Shown here in pieces: positions 18,101 through 26,168 of a stretch of 64,000 nt of DNA. Position 1 is the stretch's first letter, and every line of letters begins with the position of its first letter. Location of the stretch: positions 1 through 64,000 of the IMG/VR virus record IMGVR_UViG_3300010354_000069; one strand, written 5' to 3'. The stretch comes from a virus. The notes beneath the pieces were generated by a model. The model was not told the DNA's origin and ran no database searches. It saw only the letters and a list, made by a program, of their open reading frames with translations. The translations under genes and the position numbers were made by a program.

Positions 18101-18419
18101 TGAATGGCAAAGTCTTGGTAGCAACGACAAGATTCGTGACGCTAACTTCGAGCTGATACTTGTAAAAGACGAAGTCTACAAGACTACTAACCAGGATATA
18201 GAAAAGCTGGAGTGGGACTTGAACGAAGCCCAGTTCAACCTTGAAAAGTATGAAAACCTTTTCTCGGTAAAAAAGTTACGCCTTAGAGAACACATTGCTG
18301 GTATGGAGCTACAAGCTGCTACGGGTATCAAACAAGTAACTCCGGAACCAGCTGAAGTCGGTCTGCCTGCGGTACCCCCGGCGCCCCCACCACTCAAAGC
18401 AGGTAAGTTTCCATTCTGA
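17961..18419 (+). CDS. Coiled-coil hypothetical protein
   Basis: AAGGA RBS; heptad pattern; 'LGSNDKIRDA' motif. Confidence 0.65.
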   Translation: MSQSTDLPLELFPEKIHQLRTEMMQVERELSQLKGIRAERKNTLKSSEWQSLGSNDKIRDANFELILVKDEVYKTTNQDIEKLEWDLNEAQFNLEKYENLFSVKKLRLREHIAGMELQAATGIKQVTPEPAEVGLPAVPPAPPPLKAGKFPF

Positions 18420-18423
18420 AGGA

Positions 18424-20244
18424 ATGCACATGGAGAAGTTGATTCTGACGTCACCTGCCGAGTTGCAGGAAGAAGGATTTGAGGTAGTTCCTGCAGAAAC
18501 TCTGCTGGACACTCAGTTGTTCAAAGCCGCACGCAGTCGTATCGAACGAATTATTGACGGTACGCCTGAGCTAGCCCGGCGGGAAAAGCGTGAGTATCAG
18601 CTTCGCTATGCTGCCATGGGCTATTGTCGTGATCGTAATCTGTGGGCACACGAGCAGGGTTTGGGAAAGACCTATGAAACGATCCTGCTGATTCTGCTGA
18701 AGTACGGCGAGCAGCTCAAGGGCCGCGGTCACAAACCGCTGCGTCGGGGCACAATTCAAATTGTCGCCCCTAGGCACACTCTCAAGTTGGCTTGGTTGCA
18801 GGAGTTGAAAACCTGTGGCTTGGGTGACATGGTTGATGTCGTCCTTAACGAGCAAGACGCAGATCGCGCAACAAAGCCTATTTGGCTTCTGTACTTTGAC
18901 CTGTTCAAACAGCAGAGCAAGCACGGTCAAAACCTCAAGAAAAAGGGCAAGATGCGCAAGCGCTGGCTCAAGAACAAGGAGACCGAGCTATATTTTCTTG
19001 GCCGGCCAATGTGGCGCAAGCTGCGGCAGAAGGCCAAACCGCACATGCTGGTACTTGACGAAGTACACAACCTGAGGGAAGGTTCCGAGCGTACGGAAAC
19101 CATGCTGCGTTACGCACGCGGTATTCGTAACATCTTGGCGCTGACAGGCACACCGATTGACGGTTGGGTCAGCCACCTAGCCACGATTCTGGGGTTGGTG
19201 TACGGCGACAACTCGCAGGTCTTTCCTTGGTCAAGTACCGCTTTCACCAAGCGTTTTACCAGAGAACGCGTAGTTGACATGGACTATGCTACCGGTGAAG
19301 TCGGCGCCGACGCCAAGAAACGTGCCGCACCCGGCATCAATCCAGATCAAATTCCGGAATTCAGGCGGGCTACGATTCATCTAATGCACCGATTGATCAT
19401 TAGAGATCCGGAAGTAACTGGCGTGAAGTTCCCTCCCGTAAACTACCACTTGGTCAGCTGTCCCATGGACCCCGACCACATGGAGTATTACTACCGAGCG
19501 CAAACCAATGCACTGGTTGACATTCAGAACAACCTCAACGCTATGGGCAACAACCGAAATTCGTTTCGCTTGCGGCAGAATGTGCTTGGTAGCATTCAAA
19601 CCCTGAGACGGGCGGCTAGTTGCCCTTGGTCCATTGAAATGGCTCCCTACGGTTCTCGAGAAACTGCAAAGATTACTGAGACCGTAAACATATGCAGGCA
19701 GATGGCCGAGCAAGGCCGTAAGGTCATTGTCTTCACCAACTTCATAGGAACGGGGAAACCCCTTGTAGATGCATTGCGCATCGCCGGACTGGAAGTAACC
19801 CGTATCTATGCCGAAGACAAAGCCGAACGACCTGCTCTGCTTACGCAGGAAGCTCGGGAAGAGCGTATTGAGGACTTTCTTGAAGATCCTCGGATCAACG
19901 TATTGGTGGGGAACCTCACGCTGCTGTCCACTGGCTTGACCATGGTGCAAGCATCAGTAATCATCAACCACGACCATGACTGGCGGGCAAATACCTACAG
20001 ACAGGGTATCTCGCGTGTCGTTCGCCCTGGGCAGGTTCATAGTCATGTAGATGTGTACGACCTAGTTACCGAACGCTCGGTAGATGTCTACATTCATGCA
20101 GCACTCATGCGCAAGCTCGAAGCCACGGCGCAGGTGGTTGACGGCCAGTTTGTACTGGCAGATGATCCTGACAAGCTTGACGTTGATCCACTGTCCGTAG
20201 CCAAAGCCCTGATATCCGGAGATTTTGCAATTGAGTCACGATGA
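18424..20244 (+). CDS. SNF2-family helicase
   Basis: HEQGLGKT, LDEVH, LTGTP, TGLTM..AS and QGISRVVRPGQ. Confidence 0.9.
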   Translation: MHMEKLILTSPAELQEEGFEVVPAETLLDTQLFKAARSRIERIIDGTPELARREKREYQLRYAAMGYCRDRNLWAHEQGLGKTYETILLILLKYGEQLKGRGHKPLRRGTIQIVAPRHTLKLAWLQELKTCGLGDMVDVVLNEQDADRATKPIWLLYFDLFKQQSKHGQNLKKKGKMRKRWLKNKETELYFLGRPMWRKLRQKAKPHMLVLDEVHNLREGSERTETMLRYARGIRNILALTGTPIDGWVSHLATILGLVYGDNSQVFPWSSTAFTKRFTRERVVDMDYATGEVGADAKKRAAPGINPDQIPEFRRATIHLMHRLIIRDPEVTGVKFPPVNYHLVSCPMDPDHMEYYYRAQTNALVDIQNNLNAMGNNRNSFRLRQNVLGSIQTLRRAASCPWSIEMAPYGSRETAKITETVNICRQMAEQGRKVIVFTNFIGTGKPLVDALRIAGLEVTRIYAEDKAERPALLTQEAREERIEDFLEDPRINVLVGNLTLLSTGLTMVQASVIINHDHDWRANTYRQGISRVVRPGQVHSHVDVYDLVTERSVDVYIHAALMRKLEATAQVVDGQFVLADDPDKLDVDPLSVAKALISGDFAIESR

Positions 20245-20515
20245 ATACGATGAGCTAAGCTACAACACCGACTTTTCTCTGGATGAGCAAGAAGCCGAAG
20301 AGCGAAGCATTTCAGCAAAGCTACAGGACGAAGCAGATCTTGATGAAGAGTTTGCAGACGCGCTAGCCAGAAGTATCCTCAAGGACATCCTGATCAAGTT
20401 CCGTCCGGACTTGTTCAGCACGTTCTCCGTCTGCCTAGTCTGCAACTGCTACTGGAACGGCACCCCTGATATCTGCGGCAACTGCGGCAAACGCCCGCAG
20501 CCCGCTATGCCCTGA
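20225..20515 (+). CDS. Hypothetical protein with C-terminal Zn ribbon
   Basis: CLVC...CGNCG; acidic N-terminus. Confidence 0.55.
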   Translation: MQLSHDEYDELSYNTDFSLDEQEAEERSISAKLQDEADLDEEFADALARSILKDILIKFRPDLFSTFSVCLVCNCYWNGTPDICGNCGKRPQPAMP

Positions 20516-20519
20516 GACC

Positions 20520-21608
20520 ATGACATCAACACTAGCCCTTGAAAGCCGACCAGTCAGCTGGTCAACTCTGGTTGGACAAGACATTCCTCGCAAGGTCTTG
20601 TCCAACTCCATCATCAGCAATGACATTAAACCCGGCTACTTGTTTAAGGGGGCAAGCGGCTGCGGCAAAACGTCAGCAGCCTTGCTGTTTGCAAAACGGC
20701 TGAATTGCCTGCAGCCAGATGGCGCGGACCCCTGCAACGCGTGTACTTCGTGTGCGAGCATCGACAAAAACCTGAGTCATGACGTGAAGTACGTAGACGG
20801 AGCTGCCGACCGCTCAGTGATGTTTGTTAGAGATGTGCTTAGACCATTCCTGACAACGACACCAATCGGCGGCAAGCACAGAATCGCTATAATCGATGAG
20901 GCGCACTTGTACAAGCAGGATTCCATCAGTGCATTTCTGACACTGCTGGAACAACTGCCAAAAATGGCACCAAAATCATTGGTAATTCTCTGCACTACCG
21001 AAGGTGACCAGATTCCCGTTGCGATTCAAAACCGCTGTCTCTCACTGAACTTTGCTCCCATCAGCACAGAGACCTTGGTTGATGCCATGCACAAGTTTAC
21101 CGGTGAAGACAAAGCGGCACTAAAGGAACTGGCGGCTGCCTCTTGTGGCAGCTTTAGGACCATGTGGTCTTTCATGGAAGTCTGGGAACATACCGGTGAA
21201 CCCTTGACCGAAGATCTTGTTATGCGAATGCTTGGTGGAATTACCAAGTCAGAGCGTAACAACCTTTGGCGTTTGCTGAAAAACCGAAGGCTAGACCAAA
21301 TACTCAGTCTGTGGCAAGCCTGGATGAAGCGAGGAGTAAATCCTACGGTTCTTGGTGCTTATATGTTGAAGGACCTTATTCACATGGCAGCAGCAGCGCC
21401 TGAAGCTGCAAACTGGTCTACAGCAATAGGAGCACTGAGTGCTGTACAAGTAAGTGGCACAGAATCCGCGTGGTTGCCCGCACTATACACATTATGCGGG
21501 CTGCCACTGGACTGCGAGAATGCCCAAAGGGTTGCACCAGAGGAACGGCAGCCCGTTTCACAAAGTACTGACAAGTTGCTGACCCGCTTGGCCTTCTTTG
21601 GTGCTTGA
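20520..21608 (+). CDS. dnaX: DNA polymerase III gamma/tau clamp-loader subunit
   Basis: RP.SW..LVGQ, YLFKGASGCGKTS, AKRLNC..PCNAC.SC, IIDEAH, LCTTE and IQNRC. Confidence 0.92.
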   Translation: MTSTLALESRPVSWSTLVGQDIPRKVLSNSIISNDIKPGYLFKGASGCGKTSAALLFAKRLNCLQPDGADPCNACTSCASIDKNLSHDVKYVDGAADRSVMFVRDVLRPFLTTTPIGGKHRIAIIDEAHLYKQDSISAFLTLLEQLPKMAPKSLVILCTTEGDQIPVAIQNRCLSLNFAPISTETLVDAMHKFTGEDKAALKELAAASCGSFRTMWSFMEVWEHTGEPLTEDLVMRMLGGITKSERNNLWRLLKNRRLDQILSLWQAWMKRGVNPTVLGAYMLKDLIHMAAAAPEAANWSTAIGALSAVQVSGTESAWLPALYTLCGLPLDCENAQRVAPEERQPVSQSTDKLLTRLAFFGA

Positions 21609-21649
21609 CACTCCCATCATTCAGAAGGATGATGGGAGTGCTTTTCTTT
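21605..21649 (+). terminator. Rho-independent terminator overlapping a possible promoter
   Basis: Stem CACTCCCATCAT(TC)/(GG)ATGATGGGAGTG (21609-21640) followed by CTTTTCTTT. TTGACA at 21605-10. Confidence 0.7.
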
Positions 21650-21659
21650 GGAGGCTACC

Positions 21660-21854
21660 GTGGCACAGCTACAGACAATTCTGACCAACTGGAAGAATGC
21701 CGCAACCCCGGTTTCGATTGTTCTTGCAGGTAATGTCGGCGTTTATGGAACTATCACGGATGACGGCGTTGGGCAGGATAGCATCGTGGTAAATCACGCT
21801 AATGCAGATACCGTCATTCCAAAGGCAGCAATTGCTTACCTAGCTAAGCGCTGA
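21660..21854 (+). CDS. hfq: Hfq-like Sm/LSm RNA-binding protein
   Basis: GGAGG RBS + GTG. LQ..L..W....PVSIVL.G...GTI (Sm1) and VIPKAAIAYL (Sm2, resembling cyanobacterial IWKQAIAY). Confidence 0.7.
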   Translation: MAQLQTILTNWKNAATPVSIVLAGNVGVYGTITDDGVGQDSIVVNHANADTVIPKAAIAYLAKR

Positions 21855-22081
21855 TGTCTCAGGGCTTCAACTTTCAGCGGCGCAAGCGTACCGCCGTCAG
21901 TTGTAGAAAGTGCGGTGAACACGTATGGATTTTTATCACAGACTCGGAACTGTATAGAGACCGGTTCAGGCAGTGCGCCACCTGTGGAAAGATCTATCGA
22001 ATGGACATGACGCCGTTAGACTTGAACTATGCTTGGCGGGACGGCATACCAATGCCGTTTGAAGTGAGGGAAGACCAGTGA
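21854..22081 (+). CDS. Zn-ribbon hypothetical protein
   Basis: CRKCG...CATCG. Confidence 0.6.
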   Translation: MSQGFNFQRRKRTAVSCRKCGEHVWIFITDSELYRDRFRQCATCGKIYRMDMTPLDLNYAWRDGIPMPFEVREDQ

Positions 22082-22410
22082 CTGTAGTAACCAATGAACT
22101 GATGGCTGCCTATGCAAATGAGCTGGTCATCGACCTTGAGCGTATTTCGCGCTACAGGTTTGCTGCCTATTTGGTTTCGCCCCTGCGCACTACAGTTGCA
22201 GCTCACTTCGTTCGTCTTTATCAGCAAGAAAAGATCGAGTTCGAGCAAGCGCTCAACTACGTCGACATCCTTGAAGGCGAAACATCCTCTATTTCCATTC
22301 AACTGCGTCTGCCCAACCGCGCCGCAGTTACTAGCATCATTGCAAGCGCACTGATCAAGAGCGGATTCCGCCAAGCTGAAAGCGGCGACACGCTTGTGCT
22401 CGTTCTATGA
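22078..22410 (+). CDS. Hypothetical protein
   Basis: GTGA overlap and GAGG RBS. Confidence 0.6.
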   Translation: MTVVTNELMAAYANELVIDLERISRYRFAAYLVSPLRTTVAAHFVRLYQQEKIEFEQALNYVDILEGETSSISIQLRLPNRAAVTSIIASALIKSGFRQAESGDTLVLVL

Positions 22411-22523
22411 AGATTGACGAGGACCACGTTGAAGTAAGTATTACTGAAGAAGTAGTACTCGTTCTATTTGGTCTTTTACTTGCAAGTACTCTTGTACTAT
22501 ACTTGACAGTATATGGGGCTTGA
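22407..22523 (+). CDS. 38-aa single-pass membrane peptide
   Basis: Not in the ORF track. ATGA overlap; MKIDEDHVEVSITEE-VVLVLFGLLLASTLVLYLTVYGA. Confidence 0.5.
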   Translation: MKIDEDHVEVSITEEVVLVLFGLLLASTLVLYLTVYGA

Positions 22524-23235
22524 CCTTAGTAACTGGCGGCAATACCTAGGTGTGCTGCACGTGGGCACATTGTGGAATATTCAGCGCCGTGGTGCTGGTG
22601 GCAGCTCTAAGTACCCTGGAAACTTCGTTCCTGAAATTCCGCGCAACCTCATGCTGCGCTTTACAGAGGAACAAGACACGGTAGTAGATCTGTTTGCCGG
22701 ATCGGAAACCACGGCTGATGTCTGTGCCGAGTTGAACAGGCACTACGAAGGATGCGACCTACGGCCGTATAGTCCTCGTACAGCGCAAGGCGATGCCAGA
22801 TCTTGGCAGCCTCAGCAGAAAGCACAGCTTGTAATTCTGCATCCGCCATACGCCAATATCATCAACTACAACGATAAGCTGCAACCCAACAGCATGGATT
22901 TGTCATTGGAGCCGGAAGACTTTCTTGACGCGTTTAGCCATGTTGTCTACAACGCAGTCAGCATGACTAAACCCGGTGGTTACATTGCCCTTGTCATGGG
23001 AGACCTGTACAAAAGCGGCGAGTACTACCCACTTGGTTTCAAGTCCATGGAATTGCTACGACTACACCCAGAACTACTGTTGAAGGGTACGGTCGTAAAA
23101 AACTTTGGTGACGAAGTAAAGAACAAAGGTCGCTTCAAAAACCTTTGGTTCTACCGAGCGCTAAAAAACCGCTTGTTCGTTCTCGAGCACGAATACGTGT
23201 TCGTATTCAAGAAGAAAGACTACAAACGCAAGTGA
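22513..23235 (+). CDS. DNA amino-methyltransferase (N4-C/N6-A)
   Basis: YPGNFVPEI, VVDLFAGSET, HPPY and HEYVFVFKK. Confidence 0.88.
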   Translation: MGLDLSNWRQYLGVLHVGTLWNIQRRGAGGSSKYPGNFVPEIPRNLMLRFTEEQDTVVDLFAGSETTADVCAELNRHYEGCDLRPYSPRTAQGDARSWQPQQKAQLVILHPPYANIINYNDKLQPNSMDLSLEPEDFLDAFSHVVYNAVSMTKPGGYIALVMGDLYKSGEYYPLGFKSMELLRLHPELLLKGTVVKNFGDEVKNKGRFKNLWFYRALKNRLFVLEHEYVFVFKKKDYKRK

Positions 23236-24044
23236 CCCAAATGCTTCACGGTAATCGTGAGCTGATGGTTGCAAGCACGGGCGGCGCAAAGCTGCTGGTT
23301 ATGTCAGACGGTGAAATTCCGGAAACGGAGTTCATCGGCCTGTGGCATCGACGCAAGCTAAAACCCGAACCTATTGCAATCCTCAACCCACCCACCAAAC
23401 CCTCCAAGGATTTCAAACCTGTTGCTGGTCATTTCCTGCTGTTTGATCAGGAACACAAACCGTACAAGGACGGCCTTACCAAGGAATGGTCAGCTTGGGC
23501 TCGCTCTAACAAAGTAGTTGTAACTACACTGCGAGAAGTACGCCCTGAACTGATCTATCAGTCTTTGATCGGCGGCGTTTTTGACATCACGTTCAGCGAA
23601 GAAGCAGCTGAATGGTACGTCCGCGTAGTAGGCACCAGCCTGATGCGGCAGCAGTGCGAAATGGACAAGCTGCAAATGTGCGGTATTGACCAAGTTGACC
23701 TTGAAACTGCAGTGCGCGTTATCGGCGGTGCCGAAGACGTCAAAGCCGAGCGCATTCTCAAAGCACTGGGTACGGCAAAAGCCTGTGCGCTGGTGCTGGA
23801 TGTGACGGCAAACAACGCCTACAGGTTGTTTACCTACTTAGAGATTCCTCTGCGCAACCGCAAGAGTCCATGGCTGATCGCCTTGCTGGCCTTGCGGCGC
23901 GCAATGGAAATCAAGACTCTGGATTCGCAAAGTGCGCTGCAACTGTTTGTACAGTACTGCTACCAAGCAAAGCGCAAAGGAGATGACTTAGGCCCTATGA
24001 CAGACATACTGCGAATCGCCCGCTTGGATACTAGCCGTGGATAA
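23232..24044 (+). CDS. DNA polymerase III delta (HolA)-like clamp-loader subunit
   Basis: 'FSEEAAEW....VGTSLMRQQCEMDKL...I..VDLETAVRVI' resembles the delta lid. Near dnaX and dnaN. Confidence 0.55.
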   Translation: MTQMLHGNRELMVASTGGAKLLVMSDGEIPETEFIGLWHRRKLKPEPIAILNPPTKPSKDFKPVAGHFLLFDQEHKPYKDGLTKEWSAWARSNKVVVTTLREVRPELIYQSLIGGVFDITFSEEAAEWYVRVVGTSLMRQQCEMDKLQMCGIDQVDLETAVRVIGGAEDVKAERILKALGTAKACALVLDVTANNAYRLFTYLEIPLRNRKSPWLIALLALRRAMEIKTLDSQSALQLFVQYCYQAKRKGDDLGPMTDILRIARLDTSRG

Positions 24045-24516
24045 TATTGAACTTGACCTTGAAGGTGGGATTATCACCTTTCACGGTACGTACAAGCCTA
24101 CTGCAGGACCACTGCCAACCCTGACTTACACTTTGCGTGGGCTTTGGTTGCACGAAGAGATGCCAATCAGCATTGTCTTTGAAGCAACCAAAGTACCCAC
24201 TCATGGGGGTGAGTTGATTTTCCACAAGTACGAGGGGGCATCCGTTGTACATCCCGGTCAAGCCAAGTACCGCTACTTTACGGTTGCTGGACTGGCGGGT
24301 ATGATACTCTCACCGGAACACCTCAAACAAGCAGGTAACATCGACATGTTCTGGTACTTGGCTCCCGGCGCCAACCAACGGTTGGTAGCGGAAAAGTATC
24401 CGAACCACCCCTGGGTAGACGTTTCCGACGTCTTGAACAACTACCCACCCATGACGCTGGTACTCGCGTCTCCTGACCCCCTACCCGATGATTCACAAGG
24501 AGTCTCCACCCCGTGA
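24037..24516 (+). CDS. Hypothetical protein
   Basis: 159-aa ORF overlapping both neighbours in the operon. Confidence 0.55.
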   Translation: MDNIELDLEGGIITFHGTYKPTAGPLPTLTYTLRGLWLHEEMPISIVFEATKVPTHGGELIFHKYEGASVVHPGQAKYRYFTVAGLAGMILSPEHLKQAGNIDMFWYLAPGANQRLVAEKYPNHPWVDVSDVLNNYPPMTLVLASPDPLPDDSQGVSTP

Positions 24517-25475
24517 GCAATGAAAACGCTCTCACGACCAATGGCGGTAACGTACCGCTCGACGTTGTAACCAGCAAGAGGGTTGACCTCAGCCGCATTT
24601 ACGCACAGATGCAGGCCATGGAAGCCGCCAGCCGCGGCGGTGGCGGCGGTGGCGGCGGTCAGTACAGCATGGTCGGCAAGACCAAAATCGAAGTCAACAA
24701 GAACGGCTCGTTCCTGTTTACCGACCCCTTCAGCGGCCGTAGCGTGGGGCACAAGAACATCACCATCGTCCCGGTCGAAGTAAAGTTCCAGCTGCAGCGC
24801 TGGCTTGCCGACGGTGAAGAGATTCCCGGCATTAACCCGGATAATATCAAGGGACCACTTTGCCGCACTGCCAGCTTTACGGATCCAGTCGAAAAGACTA
24901 CGAACACCGAAGGTTGGTTCCCGTTTCCGGCAATGTCACCTTTCCACGCGACGAAGATGCTACCGGACATCAGCGGCACCAACGGTCCCGACGGCCAGTC
25001 CGGCGAGACCAAGTGCTCCACCTGCCAGTACGCCCGCCAAGGCGTCAAAGGCGAGGAAGCTCGGTGCAAGCCCACCGGCATGCTGGAGTGCGTGGTGTTC
25101 AAGGTTGGTGACGACTGGCTGGTCGACGCCGAGGGCAACCCGCAGCCTATCTACGGTGTGGTCAAGCTGTCGCAGGTCAACATCATCTCCTTCAGTGAGT
25201 ATCTTGATCAGCTGAAGAAGGTGCACAAGGTGAACCTGCCGCAGATTGCCATTTGCATGATGGAGTCCAACAAGGTCAGCCAGGGTGGTAGGACTTACGC
25301 TCGCGTGAACTTCCACCCCGTTGGCCGTGTCACGGAAGAGATTACGGCTATGGTTGACAAGGCCATCGAGAAGACCGAGGCCATTCTCAACGAAGCTCGC
25401 AACAAGGAAGACGACAACGACGGCGCAATCGTCGAAGCCTCTGCCTCGTCGCGGAAGTCCGGCAACCCCTTCTAA
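24513..25475 (+). CDS. Putative phage single-stranded DNA-binding protein
   Basis: PLC...CSTCQYA...CK cysteines, acidic tail ending NPF, strong codon bias, AAGGAG RBS. Confidence 0.55.
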   Translation: MSNENALTTNGGNVPLDVVTSKRVDLSRIYAQMQAMEAASRGGGGGGGGQYSMVGKTKIEVNKNGSFLFTDPFSGRSVGHKNITIVPVEVKFQLQRWLADGEEIPGINPDNIKGPLCRTASFTDPVEKTTNTEGWFPFPAMSPFHATKMLPDISGTNGPDGQSGETKCSTCQYARQGVKGEEARCKPTGMLECVVFKVGDDWLVDAEGNPQPIYGVVKLSQVNIISFSEYLDQLKKVHKVNLPQIAICMMESNKVSQGGRTYARVNFHPVGRVTEEITAMVDKAIEKTEAILNEARNKEDDNDGAIVEASASSRKSGNPF

Positions 25476-25486
25476 GGAGATCAGGA

Positions 25487-25512
25487 CAGGGCAGGTAGCA
25501 ATACCTGCCCTG
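25487..25512 (+). terminator. GNRA-tetraloop hairpin after the SSB gene
   Basis: CAGGGCAGGTA-GCAA-TACCTGCCCTG, perfect 11 bp. Weak U-tract. Confidence 0.55.
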
Positions 25513-25526
25513 CTTGCTACAACACC

Positions 25527-26156
25527 ATGAACATCGTCTACTTCGATCACGAAACGTCTGGTCTCAGCCCTCTTGAAGGAGCTGAGCCCATCGAAATCGC
25601 CGCTATCATGTTGGACCCGGATCTAACTGAGATCAGCCGATTTGGTCCCCGCCTCATGCGCTGCAACAAGCCCGAGCTAGCCAACCACAAGGCCATTGCT
25701 GTCAGTGGACACACGCTGGACGAGATTCAAGCGATTGGCGAAGACCCCGCGCTAGTGTACGTCGAGTTCGTGACTTGGGTAATCGAGAACAGTAATGGTG
25801 CCAAAGTGTTGCCGGCGGGACACAATGTTCAGTTTGACATCCAGTTCCTTCGCTGGGCTTTCAAGGAGTACCTGCCTGATCTGGATTACGAAAAGGTCTT
25901 TGACTACCACAGCATCTGCACGTTCGTAGTCAGTTACTTCAAGAAGGTAATTTGCGAGCGCACCACCAAATCGGACGGTAGCAAGCTGAAGTGCAATCTT
26001 ACAGCACTTGGCAAGTACTACCGTCTTGAGCATGACGCACACCAAGCCATGGGCGACGTTGAAGTCGGCGTGCAATTGATGCGTATCCTCAAAGATGAAA
26101 TGCTCGGTTTGTCTGGCGTTCAGGTTGCTGGCAGCTTGCCTTCCAACTCAATGTAA
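25527..26156 (+). CDS. DEDDh 3'-5' exonuclease (DnaQ/epsilon-like)
   Basis: FDHETSGL, GHNVQFD and HQAMGD. Confidence 0.88.
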   Translation: MNIVYFDHETSGLSPLEGAEPIEIAAIMLDPDLTEISRFGPRLMRCNKPELANHKAIAVSGHTLDEIQAIGEDPALVYVEFVTWVIENSNGAKVLPAGHNVQFDIQFLRWAFKEYLPDLDYEKVFDYHSICTFVVSYFKKVICERTTKSDGSKLKCNLTALGKYYRLEHDAHQAMGDVEVGVQLMRILKDEMLGLSGVQVAGSLPSNSM

Positions 26157-26168
26157 TGAGGTACCTAC

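Noticed and set aside
24635-24659. (GGY)8 poly-glycine tract as a phase-variable repeat
   Set aside because: It is an in-frame, mixed GGC/GGT trinucleotide run, best explained as a flexible linker.
24659-25550. Long antisense and alternate-frame ORFs over SSB (likewise over the ATPase, RNR, terL and the giant gene)
   Set aside because: Shadow ORFs caused by codon bias of the real genes. No motifs or RBS.
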